Positions 8,381 through 16,836 of a stretch of DNA of 64,000 nt are shown here, piece by piece. This DNA is from an uncultured Prevotellaceae bacterium. GTDB taxonomy: Bacteria; Bacteroidota; Bacteroidia; Bacteroidales; Bacteroidaceae. Position 1 is the first letter of the stretch; every line of letters starts with the position of its first letter. The notes beneath the pieces were generated by a model. It was not told the origin of the DNA and did no database searches. It was given only the letters and a program-made list of their open reading frames with translations. Both the position numbers and the translations under genes were made by a program. Where the stretch lies: the NCBI GenBank assembly GCA_900318995.1, contig ONMR01000002.1:21373-85372 (forward strand), written 5' to 3'.

Positions 8381-8420
8381 ATGATACAAAAGGGGTCTGT
8401 CCCCTTTTGTATCATTTTTT
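8381..8420 (+). terminator. Rho-independent terminator; also a member of the GGGG-N5-CCCC palindromic element family
   Basis: Perfect 15-bp stem ATGATACAAAAGGGG / CCCCTTTTGTATCAT with loop TCTGT, followed by TTTTT. It starts right after the stop codon. Confidence 0.85.
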
Positions 8421-8484
8421 GCGGCTGTGAAGGCCGCACTCGCGTTTGTCGGGGTTCTCCCTTTTAATGTACTATCAAAGGAAA

Positions 8485-8895
8485 TCAAACAAAATCTTCT
8501 AGGGTACGTGCAGAAAGATTGTCGTAAATAATCTGCTGGATATCACCGAACATATCCCTTATACGGCACTTTTCCATGTTAAGACCGAACTCGCATTCAA
8601 AAGAGTTTCCGCATATGTCCAGGCAGGAGATCATTCCCACCTTCTCCCCCATGGCAAGGATAACGTCAAGTACCTTGATTTCACGCGGAGGCCTAGCCAA
8701 ACGGTAACCACCGCTCACGCCGCGCTCGCTGACAAGCATGCCCTCATTGCGCAACTGCAGAAAAATGCCCTCCAGAAAACGGATAGGCACATTCTGCTCA
8801 TCCGATATCCGGCTCATCGGAACTGCTGCCTGGCCATATTCCCTAGCCAATATGGTCAGAGCCATTATAGCGTAACGTGTCTTGCGTGAGAACAT
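8485..8895 (-). CDS. Rrf2 family transcriptional regulator (Cys-containing, possible Fe-S type)
   Basis: The N-terminus 'MFSRKTRYAIMALTILA' and the wHTH are typical of Rrf2. A C-terminal cysteine cluster reads 'CLDICGNSFEC...EKC'. Confidence 0.85.
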   Translation of the reverse strand: MFSRKTRYAIMALTILAREYGQAAVPMSRISDEQNVPIRFLEGIFLQLRNEGMLVSERGVSGGYRLARPPREIKVLDVILAMGEKVGMISCLDICGNSFECEFGLNMEKCRIRDMFGDIQQIIYDNLSARTLEDFV

Positions 8896-8939
8896 ATTGA
8901 TGCTGTACCTTTTTGCTCCGTAAAGTTACTATTATTTTT

Positions 8940-8959
8940 CGGTAATTTTCGGTAATTTT
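8940..8959. repeat. Tandem 10-bp direct repeat CGGTAATTTT x2 in the Rrf2 / receptor divergent intergenic region
   Basis: Read directly: ...TTTTT CGGTAATTTT CGGTAATTTT G... Confidence 0.8.
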
Positions 8960-8960
8960 G
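8953..8960 (+). promoter_or_regulatory. -7 promoter box (TAATTTTG) for the receptor/DUF4249/uvrA block
   Basis: Perfect TAnnTTTG, 61 nt upstream of ATG 9021. It overlaps the second repeat unit. Confidence 0.45.
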
Positions 8961-9020
8961 CACTCCGATTTCAGAGAAAGGCAGATAAGGATAACATCAT
9001 ACGTTTATCCCTAAACAAGA

Positions 9021-11033
9021 ATGAACAGAATAATCAGGACAATCATATTTCTGACCCTATTACCGCAAACATTGATTGTAAGAGGGCAGGAAGATACCAT
9101 CTACTCTACCATCCCGGAGGTCACTCTCATAGAGCACCGAAACCTGTCGGCCATAAGCGGTACAATGGCTTCAGGACTGCGTATCGACGCCAAGTTGATG
9201 GAGACATATCCCAAGATGTTCGGCTATACTGACCCCATTCTCTACCTCCAGTCGCTGCCCGGAGTATCAACCAACTCCGAACAGTCCGGAGGCCTGCATG
9301 TGCAAGGCGGTGAAACATCTCATAACATCATAACCGTATCAGACATTCCGGTCTACGGAAACATGAATTTTACCGGTCTGTTCTCTCTTTTCAACCAGGA
9401 CCATCTGCCTAAAGCTGAGTTCAGCACGTCAACCAGGACACCTCATATCGGTGCCTATCTGTCACTTGACCATGTTGACACCATTCCGGCACGCCTGTCT
9501 GGAACCGCATCGCTGGGACTAATATCCGGACAGGGTACACTGCATGCCCCTCTGTCGGCCGATACATACCTGACCCTCTCTGTCAGACGCTCATTCATCA
9601 ATGCCATTTACGGACCGTTGCTTGAGTATGACGGCAATCCATTAAGATACGGGTTCACCGATGCCAACGTAACTCTGTTACACCGGATAGACTCGCGCAA
9701 CACTATAGATCTCAACGCCTTATGGAGTCATGATATTGGAAAGACCACATACGGTATTGCAAAGATTGACATGAATTGCTATTGGGGTAACACGCTGGCA
9801 TCACTCAGATGGAGACACCAAGGCAAGACGGTCAAATCAAAGACTTCAGTCTTTTTTTCCAGATACAACTTCCTGGGCAACATACGTAATGAGATAATTA
9901 ATGGCGATATGAACGCTCATATAACCAATACCGGAGTAAGCACCGCCATCAACCTGCCGCACAATTTCAACCTTGATGCAGACATGAGTGTATTCCATAT
10001 ATTGCCTCAGGATCCCCACGTAACCGGCAATAAGATAATCACGCCATCCCAACCTGTCCAAAAATCATTCCTTGGCAACCTGGCACTCAACCGACAGTTC
10101 AAAGCCGGGAGTAGTTGGGATTTTACTCCGCATCTGCTCCTGTCAGCATACAATGTGAATGAAGGATATGAGTGCGTAAACCTGGACCCTGCGCTTACAT
10201 TAGGGCTCAACCTGTACAGATACGGTTCGTTCACAGCCGAATCCGGCATCAAGCACCAGTATCTGAGCCAGACAGGCATGACAAGCGCAGGAATGCCTAA
10301 CGAATTCTGGCTATCCGCAGGCCGATATTTCAAGCCTCAGCAGTCGGTTTTCGGAACCCTTACATATGATTTTGATTTCGGACAGTCCATGTATGCGCTT
10401 TCGGTCCAGTTATACGGCAAGCTGCTTACCAACCAACTTGAATATACCGGATTCCTGTTTGACCTGCTTACCCGTCCATACAGACTTGAGGATAATCTGC
10501 TGATATGTTCGGGATACAATTACGGAATAAACCTGATGATTGCCAAGCAGGCCGGCAAGGTTACCGGATGGATAAGCTACTCATACGGCCAGTCTATCCG
10601 GCGGGGTGACGGAGAGTTGTTCCCCACCTATTTCCACTCATCCCACGAGCGGGCGCATGAACTCAACTCCGTCTTTTCATATAAGATAGGCAAGTTTGAC
10701 CTGGGAGGCAATCTTACCATGGCATCGGGCAACCCCTATACTCCGCCCAAGAATCTGTATCTGCTCTCCAACTCTCTGCTCATCTATTATGATGACTACA
10801 ATTCAGCACGGCTCCCCATGTATATGCGTCTGGACCTTTCGGCTACATACAACCTGCCACACCGTCGAGGCCTGGACCAAAGCATCAACCTGTCGGTATT
10901 CAACGCCACTGCCCACAAGAACTACAACATGGGATACATAAGAGCCGATGAGGACGAGTTGACCATACGCTACAAACTGGCAAAACTTGTAATCCCCGTG
11001 ATACCCTCAATAAGTTATTCATGCAGATTCTGA
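9021..11033 (+). CDS. TonB-dependent receptor-like outer-membrane beta-barrel protein
   Basis: 670 aa with a signal peptide, a plug-like region ('ILYLQSLPGVS', 'GGLHVQGG') and a C-terminal aromatic residue (…SCRF). It is paired with a DUF4249 gene, as is common in Bacteroidetes. Confidence 0.75.
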   Translation: MNRIIRTIIFLTLLPQTLIVRGQEDTIYSTIPEVTLIEHRNLSAISGTMASGLRIDAKLMETYPKMFGYTDPILYLQSLPGVSTNSEQSGGLHVQGGETSHNIITVSDIPVYGNMNFTGLFSLFNQDHLPKAEFSTSTRTPHIGAYLSLDHVDTIPARLSGTASLGLISGQGTLHAPLSADTYLTLSVRRSFINAIYGPLLEYDGNPLRYGFTDANVTLLHRIDSRNTIDLNALWSHDIGKTTYGIAKIDMNCYWGNTLASLRWRHQGKTVKSKTSVFFSRYNFLGNIRNEIINGDMNAHITNTGVSTAINLPHNFNLDADMSVFHILPQDPHVTGNKIITPSQPVQKSFLGNLALNRQFKAGSSWDFTPHLLLSAYNVNEGYECVNLDPALTLGLNLYRYGSFTAESGIKHQYLSQTGMTSAGMPNEFWLSAGRYFKPQQSVFGTLTYDFDFGQSMYALSVQLYGKLLTNQLEYTGFLFDLLTRPYRLEDNLLICSGYNYGINLMIAKQAGKVTGWISYSYGQSIRRGDGELFPTYFHSSHERAHELNSVFSYKIGKFDLGGNLTMASGNPYTPPKNLYLLSNSLLIYYDDYNSARLPMYMRLDLSATYNLPHRRGLDQSINLSVFNATAHKNYNMGYIRADEDELTIRYKLAKLVIPVIPSISYSCRF

Positions 11034-11034
11034 G

Positions 11035-11862
11035 ATGAAGATATTCAGATACATATTGGCTATACTGCTTCTGACGGTCTCATGCACGCCCGAGCTTGCC
11101 GATTCACCCGAAATGATTGTCGTTGAGGGATGGATAGAAAGCGGCAGTGCCCCCACAGTGTTCATAACATCATCCGTATCCGTCAACTATGACAGAAAGA
11201 AGATGAATGACCTAATCAGCCATGTAGCCCTGAACGCAAACGTTACGGTAACACACAATGACCAGACATACACACTCCTGCCTAGTCTTAAAGACGAATA
11301 CCTGCTGAAATTATGCTATACCACAGATGCTCTTAAAGGTGAACCGGGAGGAACATACCGGCTCCAAGTTGATTGGAAAGGCCTTTATGCCGAGGCCGTA
11401 ACCACAATCCCCCAGCCCGGAAGCATAGATTCGATAGCTGTAGAGAGACACAGTTCCGCAGATACCCTGTATCTGGTCAAGGCGCATGTGGTACCACATC
11501 CCGATGTCAGATACTATCGCTTTTTCAGTATGGACATAGAGCGTGATGATACATACCTGGCTTCATATATGGGTACGTATGACAGCCGTCTTAACAATGA
11601 CATGGCGGTTGTCAACCGGGGGAATTCCGATCCCATAATCTTGCCTGACTATTTTTACCACCTTGGTGACAGCGTCAGTTTCAAACTGGCATCTATGGAC
11701 TCCATAGCATACCGGTTCTGGAGCAAGCATGATGAGAACGTTATGTTCAGCCATGTGGCACTGCTGCCCTACTCCAGCAATATGACAGGCAATATTGAGG
11801 GCGGACTGGGATACTGGTTCGGATACGGTATCAGCACCTACGGGCTCCGCATCGCACAATAA
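11035..11862 (+). CDS. DUF4249 family lipoprotein
   Basis: Lipobox 'LLLTVSC', then '[21 protein letters not shown]', typical of DUF4249. It starts 2 nt after the receptor stop. Confidence 0.7.
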   Translation: MKIFRYILAILLLTVSCTPELADSPEMIVVEGWIESGSAPTVFITSSVSVNYDRKKMNDLISHVALNANVTVTHNDQTYTLLPSLKDEYLLKLCYTTDALKGEPGGTYRLQVDWKGLYAEAVTTIPQPGSIDSIAVERHSSADTLYLVKAHVVPHPDVRYYRFFSMDIERDDTYLASYMGTYDSRLNNDMAVVNRGNSDPIILPDYFYHLGDSVSFKLASMDSIAYRFWSKHDENVMFSHVALLPYSSNMTGNIEGGLGYWFGYGISTYGLRIAQ

Positions 11863-11880
11863 AACCATAAGACTTTCAGT

Positions 11881-14712
11881 ATGATGAGTGATAATAATTC
11901 CATAAGTGTAAAAGGCGCAAGGGTAAACAACCTCAAGAACGTCAGCGTGGAGATACCGCGCGATACCTTTACCGTCATAACGGGTCTTTCGGGATCAGGC
12001 AAGTCATCACTGGCCTTCGACACGCTGTATGCCGAAGGCCAGCGCCGTTATGTTGAGTCACTGTCGTCATACGCCCGCCAGTTTCTGGGCCGCATGAAGA
12101 AACCTGAGTGCGATTTCATCGAGGGTCTTCCGCCCACCATTGCCATCGAGCAGCGCTCCGGCAACCGAAATCCCCGCTCTACCGTAGGTACCCAGACAGA
12201 GATATATGAATATCTTAAGCTGCTATTTGCACGCATAGGCCGGACCATATCGCCCGTAAGCGGCAAGGAGGTCCGCAAGCACAGTGTGGATGATGTGGTA
12301 AACTATATGCTCTCTCAGCCCAAGGGTGTACGCTTTACCGTTTTGGCGCCGATGCCCATGCGTGGAGGGCGCAACCTGGAGGAGCAGCTGCGCACATCGC
12401 TCAAGGAGGGATTCACCCGCATTGAGTACAAGGCTGATATGATCCGCATTGAGGATCTCCTGGCAGACAGCAAGCAGTTGGCAGAACTCTCCAAGCACAC
12501 CAAAGAGATTTACCTGCTCATTGACCGCCTCACAACCGATGACTCAAAGGAGACTCTGAGCCGGTTCACAGACTCCGTAGAGACTGCATTCTTTGAGGGT
12601 GGCGGCGAATGCGCGCTGCGTTTTTACGACACTACCGACACTTCACTTCATGAGTTCAGTAACCGCTTTGAAGCCGACGGAATCAAATTTGAGGAGCCTA
12701 CCGACAACCTGTTCTCATTCAACTCGCCAGTAGGAGCTTGCCCCAAGTGCGAGGGATTCGGACGTATAATAGGCATTGACGAGTCACTGGTCATTCCCAA
12801 CCGCGCACTGAGCGTTTATGACGGCGCCGTGGTATGCTGGCGCGGTGACGTGATGACCGGATGGAAGGATGACTTTATCCTTCACGCACAGGAGCACGAT
12901 TTCCCCATATTCACACCATATTACCAGCTTACACAGGAGCAGAAGGATTACCTGTGGCACGGAAGCGGCCGCGGCCAGGATGAACGGGGATGGGAGGAGA
13001 CCTGTATTGACAATTTCTTCCGTATGTTGGAGAAGAGCCAGTACAAGATCCAGTACCGCGTCATGCTGGCCCGATACCGCGGCAAGACCATCTGCCCCGA
13101 GTGTCACGGAACGCGCCTGCGCAAGGAGGCCGGTTACGTACAGGTGGGCGGCAAGTCCATCAACCAGCTGGTTGAGATGCCCATATCGGAACTCAAGCAA
13201 TTCTTTGATACGCTCACTCTTCCTGAGCATGAGGCCAAGGCAGCCAAGCGTCTGCTCATAGAGATAAACAGCCGCATACAGTTCATGCTCGATGTAGGTC
13301 TGGAGTATCTTACTCTGAACCGTGCCAGCGCAACGTTGTCTGGAGGTGAGAGCCAGCGCATCAATCTGGTTACATCGCTGGGTAGCAGTCTGATGGGATC
13401 GCTCTATGTGCTTGACGAGCCCAGCATCGGCCTGCACAGCCGCGATACCGACAAGCTTATCAAGGTGCTGCGCCAGTTACAGGAGATAGGCAACACCGTT
13501 GTGGTGGTGGAGCACGACGAGGAGATTATCCGCGCATCGGACTATATAATAGATGTGGGACCGGAGGCCGGACGTCACGGCGGTGAGATAATCTATCAGG
13601 GACCCACCAGCCAGTTGGAGAAGAATTCGGATAGCTGGACCGTAAAATATCTGACCGGCGAGGAATGCATACCTGTTCCGCAGTCACGCCGCCCGTGGAA
13701 CAATTATATAAAGGTGGTGGGTGCACGCCAGAACAATCTGGACGGCATAGACGTAAAGTTCCCGCTCAACGTGATGACCGTAGTAACGGGCGTGAGTGGA
13801 TCGGGCAAGAGCACTCTGGTGCGTGACGTGCTGTACCGCCACCTCAAGAACATCTACAGCGAATCGACCGAGCGTCCGGGTGAGTGCATGGGCATCGAGG
13901 GCGATACCGGAATGGTACGTTCCGTGGAGTTTGTAGATCAGGACCCCATAGGCAAGACCACCCGCTCCAACCCCGTCACCTACGTCAAGGCTTACGATGA
14001 GATTCGCAAACTCTTTGCCGACCAGCCGCTGTCGCATCAGATGGGATATCGGCCCACACACTTCTCATTCAACTCCGAGGGCGGACGCTGCGAGGAGTGC
14101 AAGGGCGAGGGTGTTGTAACCGTATCCATGCAGTTCATGTCGGACCTCCAGATGGTGTGCGAGAGCTGTCACGGCCGCCGTTTCAAGAACGATGTCCTGG
14201 AGGTAACCTACAAAGGCAAGAACATCTGGGACGTACTGGAGATGACAGTAAACCAGGCTGTCGAGTTCTTCTCGTCCGATGACCCCACGGAACGCCGGAT
14301 TGTCAAGAAACTGGAGCCGCTGCGCCAGGTAGGTCTGGGCTACGTTAAACTTGGACAGTCATCATCCACCCTGTCGGGCGGTGAGAGCCAGCGCGTGAAA
14401 CTGGCCTATTTCCTAAGCCTGGAGAAGGCCGATCCCACCATATTCATATTCGATGAACCCACTACCGGCCTGCATTTCCACGATATCCGCAAGCTGCTGG
14501 AATCATTCGACGCACTGATACGCCGCGGTCACACCGTAATAATAATAGAGCACAACATGGATGTAATCAAATGTGCCGACCACGTAATAGACCTGGGTCC
14601 CGAGGGCGGCGAGCGCGGAGGTCATCTGGTGGTCTGCGGCACCCCCGAAGACGTCGCCGCCTGCCCCACATCCTACACAGGCCGCTTCCTCAAAGCCAAA
14701 CTCAAAAAATGA
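11881..14712 (+). CDS. uvrA: Excinuclease ABC subunit A
   Basis: 943 aa with two ABC ATPase modules ('GLSGSGKSS', 'GVSGSGKST', two 'LSGGE(S)QR' signatures) and zinc-finger Cys pairs. Confidence 0.97.
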   Translation: MMSDNNSISVKGARVNNLKNVSVEIPRDTFTVITGLSGSGKSSLAFDTLYAEGQRRYVESLSSYARQFLGRMKKPECDFIEGLPPTIAIEQRSGNRNPRSTVGTQTEIYEYLKLLFARIGRTISPVSGKEVRKHSVDDVVNYMLSQPKGVRFTVLAPMPMRGGRNLEEQLRTSLKEGFTRIEYKADMIRIEDLLADSKQLAELSKHTKEIYLLIDRLTTDDSKETLSRFTDSVETAFFEGGGECALRFYDTTDTSLHEFSNRFEADGIKFEEPTDNLFSFNSPVGACPKCEGFGRIIGIDESLVIPNRALSVYDGAVVCWRGDVMTGWKDDFILHAQEHDFPIFTPYYQLTQEQKDYLWHGSGRGQDERGWEETCIDNFFRMLEKSQYKIQYRVMLARYRGKTICPECHGTRLRKEAGYVQVGGKSINQLVEMPISELKQFFDTLTLPEHEAKAAKRLLIEINSRIQFMLDVGLEYLTLNRASATLSGGESQRINLVTSLGSSLMGSLYVLDEPSIGLHSRDTDKLIKVLRQLQEIGNTVVVVEHDEEIIRASDYIIDVGPEAGRHGGEIIYQGPTSQLEKNSDSWTVKYLTGEECIPVPQSRRPWNNYIKVVGARQNNLDGIDVKFPLNVMTVVTGVSGSGKSTLVRDVLYRHLKNIYSESTERPGECMGIEGDTGMVRSVEFVDQDPIGKTTRSNPVTYVKAYDEIRKLFADQPLSHQMGYRPTHFSFNSEGGRCEECKGEGVVTVSMQFMSDLQMVCESCHGRRFKNDVLEVTYKGKNIWDVLEMTVNQAVEFFSSDDPTERRIVKKLEPLRQVGLGYVKLGQSSSTLSGGESQRVKLAYFLSLEKADPTIFIFDEPTTGLHFHDIRKLLESFDALIRRGHTVIIIEHNMDVIKCADHVIDLGPEGGERGGHLVVCGTPEDVAACPTSYTGRFLKAKLKK

Positions 14713-14790
14713 TACCATTGGGGCCTGACCCCTTTGGTACTCTTTTTCAAAAATGATACCAAAGGGGTCAGGCCCCAATGGTATCATTTT
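14709..14790 (+). terminator. Very long hairpin: 31-bp perfect inverted repeat (14709-14739 / 14757-14787), 17-nt loop, then TTTT
   Basis: The left arm ATGATACCATTGGGGCCTGACCCCTTTGGTA is the exact reverse complement of the right arm. It overlaps the uvrA stop codon. Confidence 0.8.
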
Positions 14791-14803
14791 CAAGATTATT
14801 GAC

Positions 14804-14811
14804 TATTTTTG
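14804..14811 (+). promoter_or_regulatory. -7 promoter box (TATTTTTG) for the yihY-like gene
   Basis: Perfect TAnnTTTG, 24 nt upstream of ATG 14835. Confidence 0.5.
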
Positions 14812-14834
14812 CCATTGACTAACAATTAATTGCT

Positions 14835-16178
14835 ATGGCTGATAAGAAGGAAGGCAAGCTTAAAGCGCTTATAAACCGAATAACCGTATTTGTAACAAAG
14901 GATATCTGGTCATTTGAGCTTTATCAGAAAGGTCCTCTGCGCCGCGCTATCGCCAATACCGTAAAGGTTGTTGTGATTGCCGTACGCACATTCCTTGACG
15001 ACAAGGTCATGACACGTGCAGCAGCTCTCACCTACTCCACTCTGTTTGCCATAGTGCCTATTCTGGCGCTTATTTTCGCTGTTGCCCGCGGATTCGGATT
15101 CGAAAACATCGTAACCGGACTTCTCAAGAACGGTATCATTGGTGAGAATGAATCCTTGAATTCCGTAATGCAGTTCATTGACGGCTACATGCAGTACGTA
15201 TCCAGCGGTGCATTCATCGGTATCGGCCTCTTGTTCCTGCTCTTCTCTGTCTATTCTTTGGCCGATGGTATCGAAGCCAACCTCAACTCCATCTGGCACG
15301 TTAAAAAATCACGCCGCATGGGCCGCAAGATAACCGATTATTTCTCATTGATTCTGCTTATTCCCATTGGAATAATCTGTCTTTGCGGTATGTCAGCACT
15401 GGCATCAAGCGTACTCTCGCATATGGAAGGATTCCAGCTTCTGGGAGGATTCGCCAAATTCATCATAGAGGATGCGCTACCATATGTAGTTGCAGGATTG
15501 ATACTTACCGGGTTCTACATATTCATGCCCAACACCAAGGTCAGGTTCAAGTATGCCATCATTCCGGGTATCATTGCAGGATGCCTCTTTCAGGCTCTCC
15601 AGAACCTCTACTTCAACGGACAGTTCTCACTCTCCAGCTACAACGCCATTTACGGAGGTTTCGCTGCCCTGCCGCTGTTCCTCCTTTGGCTCAACGTATC
15701 CTGGGCCATAATACTGTTCGGATGTGAATTGGCATATGTAAGCCAGAACAATGACAACTTCAACTATTTCAAGGAACCCGAAAAGATAAGCCGTCGGCAC
15801 GAGGATTTCTACAGTCTGATGGTAATGGCATGCATCTGCAAACGGTTCAACAGGCACGAGACAGCCCTCACACGCAAGGAGTTGGCCGACGAGCTGCACA
15901 TTCCGCTGCGCTACGTAGTCTCATCACTTGATACCCTGACCGACTCCGGCCTGTTGGAAACAGTACTCCAGAACGATGAACGCGAGCCCGCATACGTACC
16001 TGCCACCGATACCAAGCAACTTACTGTAGTTAAGGTGCTGTCCGCAATCAACAACAGCGGTTATTGCGATCTGGACCATGCTCTGGACAGTAACATTCGC
16101 GAGGCTCTGTTCAAGATAGACAATGAGCGCAAGAGTCTGAGTGGTGACATTTGGTCCACTCCGTTGGTTGACCTTTGA
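14835..16178 (+). CDS. YihY/BrkB (ribonuclease BN-like) family membrane protein with a C-terminal winged-helix-like extension
   Basis: 'AAALTYSTLFAIVPILAL' and multiple TM segments mark the family. The ~130-aa soluble tail ('LTRKELADELHIPLRYVVSSLDTLTDSGLL') looks like a wHTH. Confidence 0.8.
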   Translation: MADKKEGKLKALINRITVFVTKDIWSFELYQKGPLRRAIANTVKVVVIAVRTFLDDKVMTRAAALTYSTLFAIVPILALIFAVARGFGFENIVTGLLKNGIIGENESLNSVMQFIDGYMQYVSSGAFIGIGLLFLLFSVYSLADGIEANLNSIWHVKKSRRMGRKITDYFSLILLIPIGIICLCGMSALASSVLSHMEGFQLLGGFAKFIIEDALPYVVAGLILTGFYIFMPNTKVRFKYAIIPGIIAGCLFQALQNLYFNGQFSLSSYNAIYGGFAALPLFLLWLNVSWAIILFGCELAYVSQNNDNFNYFKEPEKISRRHEDFYSLMVMACICKRFNRHETALTRKELADELHIPLRYVVSSLDTLTDSGLLETVLQNDEREPAYVPATDTKQLTVVKVLSAINNSGYCDLDHALDSNIREALFKIDNERKSLSGDIWSTPLVDL

Positions 16179-16200
16179 CAGCTTGTCATATATTATCGTG

Positions 16201-16233
16201 TACAGCATGATAATTTGTCATGCTGTATTTGTT
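16201..16233 (+). terminator. Terminator candidate after the yihY-like gene
   Basis: 10-bp perfect stem TACAGCATGA / TCATGCTGTA with loop TAATTTG, followed by TTTGTT. Confidence 0.55.
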
Positions 16234-16244
16234 GGCATCGGATT

Positions 16245-16321
16245 TGTCTCTTATACTGCGAAGGCGCCCCGAAAGGGAGCCGGATAAAACAGAATGTTTA
16301 ACAATTAAAGTATAGGAGGTT
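16245..16321 (+). promoter_or_regulatory. Candidate RNA thermometer / SD-sequestering 5' leader of hsp20
   Basis: CUCUUAUACU (16248-16257) pairs with AGUAUAGGAG (16309-16318): 10 bp with one U.G, extendable by 3 more pairs. This covers the GGAGG Shine-Dalgarno 8 nt before ATG 16328. A GC-rich hairpin (GGCGCCCCGAAAGGGAGCC) lies inside. Confidence 0.4.
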
Positions 16322-16327
16322 ACAACT

Positions 16328-16771
16328 ATGTTACTCGCAAGAAGAAATCAGAATTACAATCAGAATTGGTTACCCAGTCTGTTCAACGATTTTATGAATG
16401 ACGATTGGTTCACCACCCGTACCGCAGCCAGCGTACCGGCTCTGAACGTAATCGAGAATGAGAAGAACTACGAACTTGAGTTCGCTGTTCCGGGTCTCAA
16501 GAAAGAGGAACTGAACCTGCAGGTCGATGCCGACGGCGTAATGTCAATCTCCATGGTCCACAACCATGAAGAGAACAAGGAGGACAAGAAACGCAACTAC
16601 ATCCGCCGTGAGTTCTCATATCAGGAGTTCAACCAGAGCTACATCCTGCCCGATGATGCAGACCGCGAGAAGATCTCGGCCAAGGTTGAGAACGGTGTAC
16701 TTACAATCGACGTACCCAAGCTGCCTGCCGAAAAGCAAGCTCAGGCCGTACAGAGCATCGCAATTTCATAA
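16328..16771 (+). CDS. Hsp20/alpha-crystallin family small heat-shock protein
   Basis: 147 aa with an alpha-crystallin domain ('NYELEFAVPGLKKEELNLQV', 'ENGVLTIDVPK'). Confidence 0.92.
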   Translation: MLLARRNQNYNQNWLPSLFNDFMNDDWFTTRTAASVPALNVIENEKNYELEFAVPGLKKEELNLQVDADGVMSISMVHNHEENKEDKKRNYIRREFSYQEFNQSYILPDDADREKISAKVENGVLTIDVPKLPAEKQAQAVQSIAIS

Positions 16772-16785
16772 CAGTTTGCATAAAC

Positions 16786-16822
16786 AAAAAAAAGAGCGCT
16801 CAGTCTTGAGCGCTCTTTTTTT
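16786..16822. terminator. Bidirectional terminator between hsp20 (+) and nifJ (-)
   Basis: A8-AGAGCGCTCA-GTCT-TGAGCGCTCT-T7: a 10-bp stem flanked by an A-run and a T-run. Confidence 0.85.
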
Positions 16823-16836
16823 GTTACCAGGGTTTA

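Noticed and set aside
12784-13437. Long antisense or alternate-frame ORFs inside well-supported genes, for example 12784-13437(-) in uvrA, 18424-19008(+) in nifJ, 32965-33513(-) in the epimerase gene, 35065-35790(+) opposite the chorismatase-like gene, 55331-56026(-) in btuD and 57106-57591(-) in cbiHC
   Set aside because: These are typical shadow ORFs of GC-balanced coding regions. Their translations are low-complexity or Arg/Gly/Pro-rich without motifs, and the opposite-strand genes carry clear conserved motifs.
14503-14793. ORFs on both strands (14503-14793 minus, 14571-14756 plus) that both encode '...[10 protein letters not shown]...'
   Set aside because: They are mirror-image translations created by the 31-bp inverted repeat and by antisense reading of uvrA. 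They are not genes.
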